Source of the DNA: Eledone cirrhosa
Lineage: Eukaryota
Assembly: GCA_964016885.1 (NCBI GenBank)
Contig: OZ024742.1
Location: 178,622,001-178,686,000 of the forward strand
Direction: 5' to 3'
Length of the DNA: 64,000 nucleotides
The translations under genes and the position numbers were made by a program. Positions 1 to 13,797 of this stretch are shown piece after piece. The notes below the pieces were generated by a model. That model was given only the letters and a program-made list of their open reading frames with translations, was not told the DNA's origin and did no database searches. The first letter of the stretch is position 1, and the number at the start of each line of letters is the position of its first letter.

Positions 1-440
1 GAAGTGTTTTTCGAGGAGTCTAAAGAAGATTTTCCCGATAGGTGTTGTCACCTCGGCATTATGGGGGAGGATTGAACCACGTTACGTTGCGTGAGCGGCG
101 GTGTCGCCTGCTGTATCCGCTAAGGGAAGCTGGATAAAAGGATATTTCCACCCCGAAGCCACTCCGCTTGAGGGCCTGGTTGTAATGAGGCGCGTGTTCG
201 TCGAATATCTGCTCATTAGCGGAAAAACGAGATATGCGCAGGGAGATGTTTTTAACCAGGTTATTGGTGATGTTTCTAGGATGGTTAGAGCAGCGGTGGA
301 TGTAGTGCAGGTTGTCGTTTGGTTTCCTGTATGGGTAGTACAGATCATTTTCGAGGTTAAGGGTAACGGCCATGAAATTGACTCGGGTTAGGGACGTTTG
401 TAGGGTGATTTTAAATCCCCAGTCCCGGAAGAAGTTGATT
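1..440 (-). mobile_element. Penelope-like element (PLE) reverse transcriptase C-terminal/thumb-linker fragment
   Basis: ORF 59-373(-) reads VTLNLENDLYYPYRKPNDNLHYIHRCSNHP...ISRFSANEQIF...YNQALKRSG...RNVTWFNPP. YRKPN..YIH..SNHP and WFNPP are typical of PLE RT. Runs off the window start. Confidence 0.85.
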
Positions 441-444
441 AGTT

Positions 445-2510
445 GTTATCGTTGTGCATCACCATGCGCATCTCTGCCTTGTCAGCCGCAATTCATTCCC
501 CGGCCCTTTCCATTGCCCACCCTCCGTGGTCCCTAAGGACTGCCACGGCACAATATGCCGAATCTCTGCCACCGTCCACCCCTGCCCATTTCCATTGCCT
601 ATACTCCGGGAGAGCTCAAGACTTCCATGCCTGACCAAGCCGCATCCCTGCTACCGTCAACCACTGCCCTCTCCCTTCCCTGCACGCCGTCGTCCCACTG
701 CATCGTCATGCCTCACCATGCCGCATTACTGCCCTGTCGGCCACCATCCCCTCCTCAGCCCTTTCTTTTGCCTGCCCGCCGTGCTCCTTCAAGACTGCCA
801 TGCCTAACCAAGCCGCATCCCTGCCACCACCAAGTCCTTCCCTCTCCCTTCCCTGCACGCCGTCGTCCCACTGCATCGTCATGCCTCACCATGCCTCATC
901 CATGCTCTGTCAGCCGCCATGCCCTCCTCTGCCCTCTCCCTTACTCGCACGCCTTGGTCCTTCACGAGTGCCATGGCTCACCATGCGGAATCCCTGCAAC
1001 CGTCAATCCCGGCCATCTCCCTTCTCTGCACACCGTCGAACCACTGCATCGTTTTGCCTGACCATGCCGCATCCATGATCTGTCAGCCGCCATCCCCTCC
1101 GCAGCCTTTTATTTTGCCTGCCCGCCGTGCTCCTTCAAGACTGCCATGCCTAACCAAGCCGCATCCCTGCCACCGTCAACCCCTGCCCTCTCCCTTGCCC
1201 GCACGCCTTGGTCCCTCACGACTGCCATGGCTCACCATGCGGCATTCCTGCCCTGTCAGCAACTTGCTCAAATGTCATCAGCATGGTTTATTCCTGCGCC
1301 GCACATAACCGCCCATTATCTCAGACCAAAGACAGCACCGAACCTGAAGACGATCCTGAGTAAGTCTTTTTACATTCATTTTGACCATATTTAACAACAT
1401 TAAACAAAAATTCATCCCTTTCTCCTCCAAAGCCTACCAATCATGTATGGCCGATAAACATCCTGCCTTGCACCCGGTTTTCTCAAACAATCATCGTGCT
1501 TCCCTGTGCTCTCTACATTCCCGAGGTGCAACTCAATTGGCATGCCGCATCCACGCCGTCAGCCGCCATGCACCCTGCCCTTTCGTCATGCCTCATCATG
1601 TTGCATCCCTGCCCTGTCAGCCGCCATCCACTCCCCGACCCTTTCCACTGCCTAGGCATGGAAATCTTGAGGGACCAAGTCGCATCCCTGCCACCGTCAA
1701 CCCTTCCCTCTCCGTTCCTTGCACGCCGTCGTCTCACTGCATCGTTATGCATCACCATGCCGCATCAATGCTCTGTCAGCCGCCATCCCCTCCTCGGCCC
1801 TTTTTTTGCCTGCCCGCAGTGCTCCTTCAAGACTGCCATGGCTCACCATGCGGCATCCTTGCCACCGTCCACCCCTGCCCTCTTCTTTGCCTGCTGGCCG
1901 TCGTCCCACTGCATCGTCATGCCTCAGGATGCCGCATCCAATCACCGTAAGCCCCCCCCCCCCCTCCCCCAGGCCCTTTCTTTTGCCTGACCGCCGTGCT
2001 CCTTCAAGACTCCCATGGCTATCTATGCCGCATCAATTCCTTGCCACCCGCTTAAACGTCATCAGCATAGCTTATTGTTGCCACATTTGACCACCAATTT
2101 TCGCAGGCTAAACACAATACCAACGTGCACGATAGTCCATGGTAAATCTTTTTAATTACATGTTCATCATGCTAAGCAAAGGATGAATAGCAACTCTTTC
2201 ATTTCTTCTGCCATGCCTTTCTGTCAATTATGGCCGAGAAGCATCCTGTGTAGCATCGCGTCTTCTCAAGCGATCAGCCTGCCTTCCATTGTCCTCACAA
2301 TTGACTCACAACGCCGCATCTATTCCCTGCGACGCCCCTAAACATCATCAGCATGGATTATTTTTCTGCCGCGTTTAACCGGCCCTCATTCTAGGCAATA
2401 AACAACAAAACCGCACGATAATACTGCGTAAGTCTATTTAAATTAATGGTCTACATGTTCAGCAAAACAATTGTACCAATTCTTCCTCTTCACCTCCAAG
2501 GCCTATCCAT
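445..2510. repeat. C-rich complex tandem repeat with higher-order structure
   Basis: Recurring modules ccatgccgcatccctgccaccgtcaacc, ccctgcacgccgtcgtcccactgcatcgtcatgcctcaccatg and gtgctccttcaagactgccatg; AT-richer blocks recur at about 1270-1500, 2055-2290 and 2340-2510. Confidence 0.8.
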
Positions 2511-2979
2511 TACATCTTAGAGGTCAGGATTCGCAATTTCTACGATTTCAATATTGACACAACAGTCCGTCAGATTTTCGGCACACGTTGCTCTGATAGG
2601 AATATCAACGTGATTTTCACTTAATTCGTAAGTGTTCAGTCTTCCGTATGCTTTTATTTTTTATTTATACAACACCGACTACAATCATCTAACTTCACTT
2701 TGTAGGCTAGACGCGAATCACAAGGAAAACAATCCTCTGATATACAACCCCACCAAATTCTTTGGTCTACCTAGATTTCAATGGCTATATCCTTTTCTTT
2801 TGTACGGTTGTACATTTGACAATGTCGCAAAACATTATTCCACTTGATTCTTACCTTTCAGCTATGAATTGGGCAGTGCCTTAAAATCCTGGTTTATTTG
2901 CGTGCAATTTTTTGGTATCTTATGAATGGAGAATCGAAAACCCTTTTTCTCATAATCTGATACATACGTTACACATGGA

Positions 2980-3240
2980 TGTTTGTGGACTATTTTTTCA
3001 AAATACCAATATCACAGATTGGAGCACAAAAAGAAACGTTTGCTCTTCATTTATTTCGGCTAAAGCATTCTGCTGGAATTTAGCGCAGACCCGTTTAAAT
3101 CCAGCGCCTTATAACCCCGAGTGTAACCGGGTACACCAACTAGAAAGACAAATGGAAACGTTGTTTCCTCGGTCCGATTTGACGAAAGTCGATTTAGTTC
3201 CACAACAAATTAACAAACCATACTTGAAGACACATTGAGG
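2980..3240 (+). pseudogene. Degenerate retroviral-type (rve) integrase fragment
   Basis: SSFISAKAFCWNL...APYNPECNRVHQLER resembles the S.F.S....F...TPYNP..NG..ER motif of Gypsy-type integrases. Confidence 0.4.
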
Positions 3241-3845
3241 CTGTTGCAAAGGGCCTAGACACAATTTTGATCAATTTTTTTTCACCTATAGCAAATTTAC
3301 CGGGACAGGTTTTTAGATACTCAAATCTACTTCAGAGGTCACGCATTCATGTAAAAAATCAATAAAACTGAAGCGGGAGTTCGACTTTGCGCAAAAAACA
3401 AGACAAAGTTGCACATGGGAAAACTTTTTATAGGAAATCCGATTTTTTTTAAAACTGTCGCAAAAGACTCGCCATTATGCCGCGGTTTCAGATAAAGTTC
3501 CTTTTATTTCTTCTTCTGCACATGTAAGCGCGAAAATTGTAAAAAAAAAAAAAAACTGTGAAAATATCGACTTTTTCACTCTGCTTTAAAAATCAACTGA
3601 AAATTCAATTTCAAGTGAATTTGACTTCCGTCAGTCGTGCAAAGAACAATTTCAACGATACACTGTGTACCTACAATTGATCCATTATTTATGGTCAATT
3701 ACACACCTGCGTCTACTAACCTCTGTTTTTTGTCCTTGAGGTTCGAAGGTTTTAGCACCTCAGATGCGCGGGAAGTAACTTTCACACATTTTAACAACAG
3801 AGCAAAGGTCGACTTACACCCGGGCAACACCGGGTACTTCTGCTA

Positions 3846-3882
<37 letters not shown>

Positions 3883-3947
3883 CAAGTAAAACTTGAACCG
3901 TTAAGATCTCCTTCCTGGATTTGTCAATATTTATAAAACAAACTTTG

Positions 3948-4008
3948 TATTTTATCTGATGAGAGCGTACCAAAGTTTTGGTACCCTTGAAATATATATA
4001 ATAGAATA
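3948..4008 (+). ncRNA. Minimal type I hammerhead ribozyme
   Basis: tattttat-CTGATGA-gagcgtacc aaagtttt ggtaccctt-GAAA-tatata-TA-atagaata. Stem I 8 bp, extended by atatttataaaac/gttttataaatat; palindromic stem III. Confidence 0.85.
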
Positions 4009-4046
4009 AATATGGTTTTATAAATATAGTTTCCATTTATTAATAT

Positions 4047-4113
<67 letters not shown>

Positions 4114-4244
4114 TATATGTAGGAGGTGAGTTTTATTGTAGTACAATAAAGCAATGCAGATATCGGATAAGAAGCACTCTACAGTTTGTAGGACTGGAGT
4201 ATACATAATATATAAGATCAAAAGATGGTTAAAAGAGTTCCATG

Positions 4245-4315
4245 TATTTTATTATGCGCACTTCAAAAACAAATATCATCATGCAATAACATTTGTGTTT
4301 TCATCAGATAAAATA
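4245..4315 (-). ncRNA. Type I hammerhead ribozyme, GAAG variant
   Basis: Minus strand: tattttat-CTGATGA-aaacacaaatgttatt gcat gatgatatttgttttt-GAAG-tgcgca-TA-ataaaata. Perfect 8-bp stem I; palindromic TGCGCA. Confidence 0.75.
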
Positions 4316-5252
4316 GGAATACATGATATGAAGGTTAAAAAACACTTGTGGATAGTGCAGTTTTAAATCAACATATGAAAAGTAGTTTTAGATTGATGTG
4401 TGATATTGGGAAATATTTTTTTGAGGGGGGGAGGTTGGAAAGGATGAAAAAGAGGAGGAGATGAGAGTAAAAAGTGGAGGGGGGGGGAGTATAATGAGGA
4501 AGGATGAGATAGGAGGAGAGATGGGTGATAGATAGAGAGAGATAGCTTTTATAACTGAGAAAAATATATTGTTTTACATAGAGAGGTTGAAAAACCGCTG
4601 GAAGATAATATATAAATTAAAAGAATTTGAAAATTAACGAAGAGAAAAATAATGTAAAGTTAAGGTTTGTATATTGAAGGGTTTAATAATATGTGCGATG
4701 AAAAGAAATTGTTAATATGTATTAAGAATAATATTTAAGGGTTTAATAATATGTGCGATGGAAATGTTAATATGTATTAAGAATAATATTTAAGGATTTA
4801 ATAATATGTGCGATGGAAAGAAAATGTTGATATGTATTATTAAAAATAGCAAAGGTAATGTAAGTAAGGATATATTGTGAAAAAAGTAGAAGATAGGATG
4901 AAATAGATGAGCATGAAAGTGAGAAAAAAAATAATGAATTGAGGATGAATAATCTAACGTCAAAAAAGTGTTTATGTTTACGAAGGATTTTTTCAAGGTG
5001 ATATAAAGTAAGAATATATTGTATTGTGTAATAATTGTTTCTATGTTAGGCACAGTGAGAAAAAGGTACAGATTAGGGGTTAGAAACTAAAAGAAAAAGA
5101 AAAGAAAAGGAAAAGGAAGAAAGGGAAGTGATAAATAGGAGTGATATAGAATGAGTAACAAGTATTATATAATGTATAATAAATAACTTTGAAATAAGGT
5201 AGAAAGATGGGTATATTTTTAAAGAAGTATATAAATATATATGTGCCTTTGA

Positions 5253-5390
5253 GAAAAGGATTCTAAATTGATAAAGTATTGGATATTAGCTGTATACTTT
5301 ATGGAATGTTCTTGCTTGCATAAATTCCACAGAACATTCCATAAAGTATACAGCTAATATCCAATACTTTATCAATTTAGAATCCTTTTC
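5253..5390. repeat. Perfect inverted repeat (60-bp arms, 18-nt loop)
   Basis: gaaaaggattctaaattg...ggaatgttct paired with agaacattcc...caatttagaatccttttc. Confidence 0.95.
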
Positions 5391-5633
5391 ATAAACTGGA
5401 AACATTCTCCCAATTTGTAGAAAACTTATAATGAAACAATTGTTTGGAAAGAGAGATATATTTTAACTTTAATTATATCTCATAAAATAATACAACTGGC
5501 TTTCCACAAAATACATATAGTTAGCACCCCAAACACTTAAATTGGGTTATACTAACATATAACCTAATGTTTGTTGAGTGAGATGGTTACCAGTCGGAGT
5601 TTAGCGTTAAGCTATCTCTGTTATTGTATTAAT

Positions 5634-5666
<33 letters not shown>

Positions 5667-5808
5667 ATGTATGAAAATAAGACCGTAGACCAATCCATGA
5701 CCTATATCTCTATATTCCGCGAACCAACAATGGACCGCACCAACCACAGGAAAGTGGAAGACAGATATTATCAAGCTACCGCTGTCATGTTACCTAGTTT
5801 CTGTAGAG

Positions 5809-6012
5809 TTGTTTCTACTTCAGGCACAAGGCCAGCAGTTTGAAGGTGAAGGGAAAGTCGATTAAATCGGCCCCAGTGCATTACTGGTGCTTTATTTATC
5901 GATCCCGTAAAGATGAAAGGCAAAGCTAACCTCGGCAGGATTTGAACTCAGAATGTAAAGGGACGAAACTATATGCTGTGAAGTATAGTGTCCGACGCTC
6001 TACTGATACTGC
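5809..6012 (-). mobile_element. tRNA-derived SINE (Meta/MESC-type central domain)
   Basis: Reverse complement carries B-box gagttcaaatcc, the gcctttcatc..cgggatcgataaa domain and the gctggccttgtgcc tail. Confidence 0.9.
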
Positions 6013-6054
6013 TTAGTTTCTATATAATAAAACTATTATTATTTCCAGCAACTA

Positions 6055-6270
6055 GAGCGGTGGATTGGCGGTATCGGTAGAGCGTCGGACTCCATGCTTT
6101 GTAGCATAGAGTTACGGTATTTTACAGTCTGAGTTCAAATCCCGCAGAGGTTAACTTTGCCTTTCATACTTACGGGGTCGATAAAATGAAGCACCAATAA
6201 TGTACTGGGGTCGATTTAATCGACTTTTCTCTCCCCTCAAAATTGCTGGCCTTGTGCTTATACTAGACAC
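6055..6270 (+). mobile_element. tRNA-derived SINE, same family
   Basis: ggtggattggcggtatcggtagagcgtcggac...gagttcaaatccc...gttaactttgcctttcat...cggggtcgataaaa. Confidence 0.9.
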
Positions 6271-7059
6271 GACTTTTACATGACTGTTAGTGCTGTTTCA
6301 TTAGACGGTGATCTCAATATTTGACTGGTGCCTTATTTCATCAATCTTGGAACAATACAAAGTAAAGTTGACTTCGTTGGGTTTGAGCTCGGAACTAAAT
6401 GGTATGACCGTAAGGAAATATCTCAAAATATTAATGTCCGTTGCTCTAACGATTCTGCCAATTGACTGCCCTTTTTTTCGCACCGACTACCATTATAACA
6501 ATATCGAGTGATGTGCTTTTTACAACCTTAACTTTGGGACGAAATCGCAGTCAAAATCGAAATCTTCAACGTAATGAAATTATTTTATAAATGAATGGTT
6601 AAAATTTATCTAATTGAAAATTATTCATGTTATTTTCTGATACTCACCAAACAAAAATATTAAGTAAATCATAAAATACATTTAGAACAAATTACATTTA
6701 AAAGAAAACTCTTGAAGCCGAGGGCTTAAATATGAGGACAAGGAGGGAAAAGGCAAGGATTGTTAAGCAATGAAAGAAAGAGTGAAGGGGAGAGGGTGAC
6801 AGATTCTACACCTAAGTCAGAGTGGTGTTTCGACAGCGCTCCACGGACGAAATCGCAAAGGAATCGCCGCGGAAAATGTTAATCGTCACCAGCTTCACCA
6901 GTCACCCCCACATCGAAGATTAATATGAAGATCAATAAATTTATACATCAAAATAGAAATAAGTACATTTATAAAACAGAATTTGCACGTGTCTCGCTAA
7001 TTATTATAAATGATGTTGGAATTGATATTGATTTGTGGATGTTGCTATCATCAAGGTGG

Positions 7060-7105
<46 letters not shown>

Positions 7106-7628
7106 GGTGTTGGTGGTGGGGACGATGGAATGATACTAATGTGATAGTGGTGGATTTTCATTACTAAAAACGAGGGATGGGGGGCGGCGAATAACTATCA
7201 ACCCTCTAACTTGGAATAGAGAACATTTTCTATCAATGAAATATGAAACCAATGAAAGCCTCAGGTGTGTCTGATGTAAAATAATAAAAGATATAATAGA
7301 AAAACACACAAGGACAATCACTTTTGCACTACATTAACCTAAAACTCACCTCCATCGCCTCCACCCTCCCTATTTCAATACACACATCGTTCAATGCTAC
7401 TGCAAAACAACCCCATCATCACCAACCACTGCCATCAGTTACCCATTCAATTTAGGTACATCTTTTAGCCAAATCTACTCTACTATACTAAGACTTTCAG
7501 TTTGAGAGATTCTTTATGACTTTCTATTGTAAGATGTAATATGATCTAATGAAAGACGAATTTTTATCAAGAGGTAAAATCAAAAACCATGATAGATATT
7601 ATATATATATGTATATATATATATATAC

Positions 7629-7685
<57 letters not shown>

Positions 7686-7688
7686 CAC

Positions 7689-7743
<55 letters not shown>

Positions 7744-7840
7744 AGTATACACACACACGCACACACACACACACATATATATATATAGATATATAAATGT
7801 ATGTGTGTATATCTCTCTATCTCTCTATATATAAGTGTAT

Positions 7841-7895
<55 letters not shown>

Positions 7896-8071
7896 TATGT
7901 GCGTATATTTAAGTAGAGGTGTCAGTATTTTGTGTGTATGTAAGTACTTGTTATCATATGTATAATGTTATAAATTTCACTCACTTAATGAATTATGGGA
8001 TTCATCGCCTGTGTAAGCTTCTGAATACACACACACACACGCACGCATATATGCATACATACATACATACA

Positions 8072-8107
<36 letters not shown>

Positions 8108-8425
8108 TATATGTGTGTGTATATATGTGTGTGTGTGTGTATGTGTGTGTGTGTGCGTATGTGTGTGTTTATACATACATTACTGAAAACACGACACTAT
8201 ACTAGTTTTATGTTTTTTATGAAGATTTGTTTCATATTTTCCCATGAGTGCTTTGTAGTCTGTTCAGAAGAATAAAGTTCATAAATCCATCATCATCATC
8301 ATCATCATTATATTCATCCCCATGGCAATCACGTACATTATTATCATAGATAGCAAGAAGAAGAAGAAGAAGAAGAAGAAGAAGAAGAAGAAGAAGAACA
8401 ACAACAACAGCAACAATAATAATGA

Positions 8426-8505
8426 TAATTGTTTCTACTTTTAGCACAAGGCCAGTAATTACCCAGTGCATTACTGGTACTTTATTTTATCGACTCCGTA
8501 GGGAA
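8426..8505 (-). mobile_element. 5'-truncated SINE
   Basis: taattgtttctacttttagcacaaggccag...ttactggtactttattttatcgac matches the SINE 3' half. Confidence 0.85.
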
Positions 8506-8640
8506 GAATGAGAAATAAGATAGATTGAAGGGACGGGCGGGTTGGGATTGGAAAAAATGTCTTTAGATAAAAATAACAGGTCCATTCATGTTGACATATA
8601 CAGGCACGAGACAAACCACAAACCCTCCATCTCAATTCTA

Positions 8641-8676
8641 CTTTTGAAAAGCATAAGAACTGTGAAACCGGTAAAG
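8641..8676 (+). ncRNA. Minimal hammerhead with U3-A8 core variant
   Basis: ctt-TTGAAAA-gcat aagaa ctgt-GAAA-ccgg-TA-aag; palindromic ACCGGT stem III; homologue at 11585-11620(-). Confidence 0.65.
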
Positions 8677-8731
8677 GAAATAAATAAATATTCTTAAAAA
8701 GACTCCAGTTGCATTTTCGATTTCTTTTCCT

Positions 8732-8790
<59 letters not shown>

Positions 8791-8964
8791 GGGGTAACAA
8801 ATAATAGTTATATGCAGTCCACTTAGATGTAGTCCAGTTATGGTATTCCGGGTAGTGGATGATATCAACGCTTGGCTAAGTTTGACTCAACAAGGCGTTT
8901 CCATAGTGATGCTGCGAGTACGCTGTAATTCCTATGTTGTAAACACTTGGAGTAATAATAAATC

Positions 8965-9389
8965 AGGAAAGAAGAGTGACACGGTTTGCTATACAAAAAA
9001 GGTTTTTAATCTCATTGCTGACAATTGTTTCTCTGAACTGGTAGGTCTAGAGATCGCTATTCGCTTGTTTTCGCGTTACTCGATCGCCAATACAAAATTA
9101 TAACCAGTCAGTTCATCGGAGCTTGCGAGAATGAAGAGAATATACACGCATAGATAACACGCACGCATACATACCATCCGATAACACACACACATACACA
9201 CCATGCCTGTATATTCTCTTCATTCTCGCAAGCTCCGATGAACTGACTGGTTATAATTTTGTATTGGCGATCGAGTAACGCGAAAATAAGCGGATAGCGA
9301 TCTCTAGACCTACCAGTTCAGAGAAACAATTGTCAGCAATGAGATTAAAAACCTTTTTTGTATAGCAAACCGTGTCACTCTTCTTTCCT
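8965..9389. repeat. Long inverted repeat (about 180-bp arms) abutting (TA)n
   Basis: aggaaagaagagtgacacgg...gaatatac paired with gtatattc...ccgtgtcactcttctttcct; only a few mismatches. Confidence 0.95.
9232..9337 (+). ncRNA. Hammerhead with CCGAUGA core and long stem II (inverted copy 9017-9122 on -)
   Basis: gct-CCGATGA-actgactgg...ccagttcaga-GAAA-caattg-TC-agc; palindromic ACAATTGT, GUC triplet. Confidence 0.65.
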
Positions 9390-9390
9390 A

Positions 9391-9450
<60 letters not shown>

Positions 9451-9456
<6 letters not shown>

Positions 9457-9515
9457 CAATGACGACAGTGGTGACCATCTTCGGTGTACCCAATGCCGTG
9501 ACATCATCAGACAGC
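9451..9515 (-). ncRNA. Truncated inverted copy of the 10742 hammerhead
   Basis: Minus: gctgt-CTGATGA-tgtcacggca...tgtcgtcatt-GAAA-tat, then directly into (AT)n. Confidence 0.75.
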
Positions 9516-10741
9516 TTCTTACATAATAAAGTAATCCAAATCGAATTGCAACAAAGTTAACCTTAAGAATCTAGCTCCAACCAATATTGTGAAAAAGTGA
9601 GGAACCAACCATCGGTTACACCCGGAAATCCCCTCTACCATGGGGCTTATTACACACACTGGAAATCCCTACTGCTAGACGGAAACAAAATTATAAACTA
9701 ACTTTTGACCGGATAAATAAGCAGAGTTAAAAGCAACGTTAAAACCCTTATTTTCCTGCAGCAAATTGCATTTGCACATATGCCTTGAACACACCATCCG
9801 ATAAAATACACACATACACACCATCCGATAACACACACACATACACACCATCCGATAACAAACTTTCATTTGCATTTTACCGGGACAGAATTGACCAGCA
9901 CTTTAACCACTTATACTCTCATTTCCATACAGTTTATCTTCCTCGTGTATTTTTTCTTATATTTTCTCATATTTTTCTCATACATGTCTCTTTTCCCATT
10001 TTCCATATATGTATGTACTTTTTGTTTTGATTCATATGATAGAAGAAAATATTAACTAATTATTTGCCTAATTACTACGTTTCATACTGTAATTCACCTC
10101 CGTTCTACAGTGCGAGCTGTCGTTCAATGCGTGGATAGTATATCTGTAATATTGATCCCCCTTTCAAAACTTCCTACTATAATTTAAACATCTCCCTAGT
10201 ATTAGCTGGTATATATATATATATATATATATTTATATTTTATTTTTTTATTTTTATTTATTTATTTATTTATTTATTTCAATCGAGATTTTAACTTGTA
10301 AATTTTTTTCATTTCTAATTTTCAATCATAATTTCCACTGTGAAACCAAAACATCTAGAATTAAGTTAGATTCTCTTAGCGGCTGATGGCAAATTCTATT
10401 GTCCAAGCGGAATGTAGGGCCATTGAGAGTCATACTCTGCCACTACCACTGGGTTTCGGTCAACCGCAACTACCAGGACGGCTAGCAACAAACTATTGCA
10501 GACTTGGATGGGGGTGATTGTTTCATTGGAGTAAGGGGGGACCTGCCTAGGCGAATTTCGCATAGTTTTGGGGGTGGTGGATGGTCAACTTCCTCCGGAC
10601 TTGCGCCTGCGCAAACCGGTGAGGGGGGGGGGATTGGGACTTACAAGGGAAGGGACGATGGACTCAAGAGCACCTTCTTTGTCCGTTCCCTTGTCGATTC
10701 AATTTGGATTACCTTGGGAACATAACCTTATTATGCAAGAA

Positions 10742-10816
10742 GCTGTCTGATGATGCCACGGCACTGGGTACACCGAAGAGGGTCACCACTGTCGTCATTG
10801 AAATATGTATCACAGC
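10742..10816 (+). ncRNA. Type I hammerhead ribozyme
   Basis: gctgt-CTGATGA-tgccacggcactgggtacaccgaagagggtcaccactgtcgtcatt-GAAA-tatgta-TC-acagc; stem I gctgt/acagc is perfect. Confidence 0.85.
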
Positions 10817-10946
10817 ATTATCATTAAATGACTTAAATAACATCTGGAACTACTTTGCATTTTCTTATTCTAAATATACTCCGTCACTCCTATGTGGAAA
10901 AAGTACGTTGAGTGCTCGAATCGAATTACAACAAAGTTAACATTAA

Positions 10947-11499
<553 letters not shown>

Positions 11500-11584
11500 A
11501 TATATATATATAAAGAAAAAAAGATGAAATCGAAAATGCAACTGGAGTCTTATTTTTGAAAAAATATATATATTTATTTGGTTC

Positions 11585-11620
11585 CTTTACCGATTTCGCA
11601 GTTCTTCTGCTTTTCAAAAG
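11585..11620 (-). ncRNA. Minimal hammerhead with U3-A8 core variant
   Basis: Minus: ctt-TTGAAAA-gcag aagaa ctgc-GAAA-tcgg-TA-aag; the surrounding 11525-11645 is an inverted homologue of 8615-8725. Confidence 0.7.
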
Positions 11621-11649
11621 TAGAGTTGAGATCGAGGGTCTGTAGTTTT

Positions 11650-11771
<122 letters not shown>

Positions 11772-12301
11772 TAATATATATATATATATAGATAATATAT
11801 ATATATATATATAGATAATTGTGTTCACCCACACAGAAAGACGCACACACGTTAATAGATGAGTAAAATCATTTTTAAATGAAAAAAAAGGGGGGGGGGA
11901 GTCAGAAGAAAGGAAGAAAGACATACGGAAAATATTAATATGAAAAAAAAAAATGAATATATATATATACACAAAATAAAACATTGTAAAGAAAAACAAA
12001 GAAAAAAGCGAACAAGCAACAAAATAACAACAACAATAACAATTGCAATACGACAGCAGTTGCAACAATAATAGCAACACAAAGAGACGAACTGAACGTT
12101 ATCATCACAAGTACATTAATAATAATTACAAGATCGTGATGAATAAAACGGTTATCCGCCATTTTCAAATACCTATTTTGACATTCGATTAACGAAAGAA
12201 AGGACACACAATTGCCAAGATAATAAAACTGAAGTGAGAAATGATATATTTATTTATATACGTGTGTGTATGTATCTCTATGTATCCCTGATCTGTATGT
12301 A

Positions 12302-12354
<53 letters not shown>

Positions 12355-12355
12355 C

Positions 12356-12426
12356 GTCGTCAGGTATGAAATTTGTAGAAATTTTTTTTTTTTCTAAAAA
12401 TTTCTCCAAATTTCATACTTGACGAC
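12356..12426. repeat. Imperfect hairpin next to (TA)n
   Basis: gtcgtcaggtatgaaattt...aaatttcatacttgacgac. Confidence 0.85.
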
Positions 12427-12475
12427 CAACCCAATACATTCACACACACACACACATATACACATATCTATCTAG

Positions 12476-13528
<1,053 letters not shown>

Positions 13529-13797
13529 ATATATCTATATATATAGATAGATAGATATGTTTCTTTATTAGCCACAAGGGCACAAAAGAAGGGGACAAAT
13601 ACAAAGGGGGAAGTTTACATACAATAAAAACGTATAAAATATCACAAATGTAATTTAAAAATTAGTCGATTTTCCCCAATAGGGGGAGACATTACATATG
13701 GGTAAACCCCGAAAAAAAATGTGCAACCCTCATCTCCAGGAGTACGAAGAGTTTGTACTCCTTTCCTCTCTTCTCTCTCTTCCTCCTTTTCCTCAAC

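Noticed and set aside
443-2090. Long overlapping P/S/H/C-rich ORFs
   Set aside because: Open in several frames because the repeat is C-rich and stop-poor; no domain recognised.
1275-2351. Minus-strand CTGATGA repeated in the satellite (about 1275, 2059, 2345)
   Set aside because: No downstream GAAA core.
6301-6511. Complex-sequence ORFs on both strands, possible host exon
   Set aside because: No recognisable protein, no consistent splice-site pair and no partner exons.
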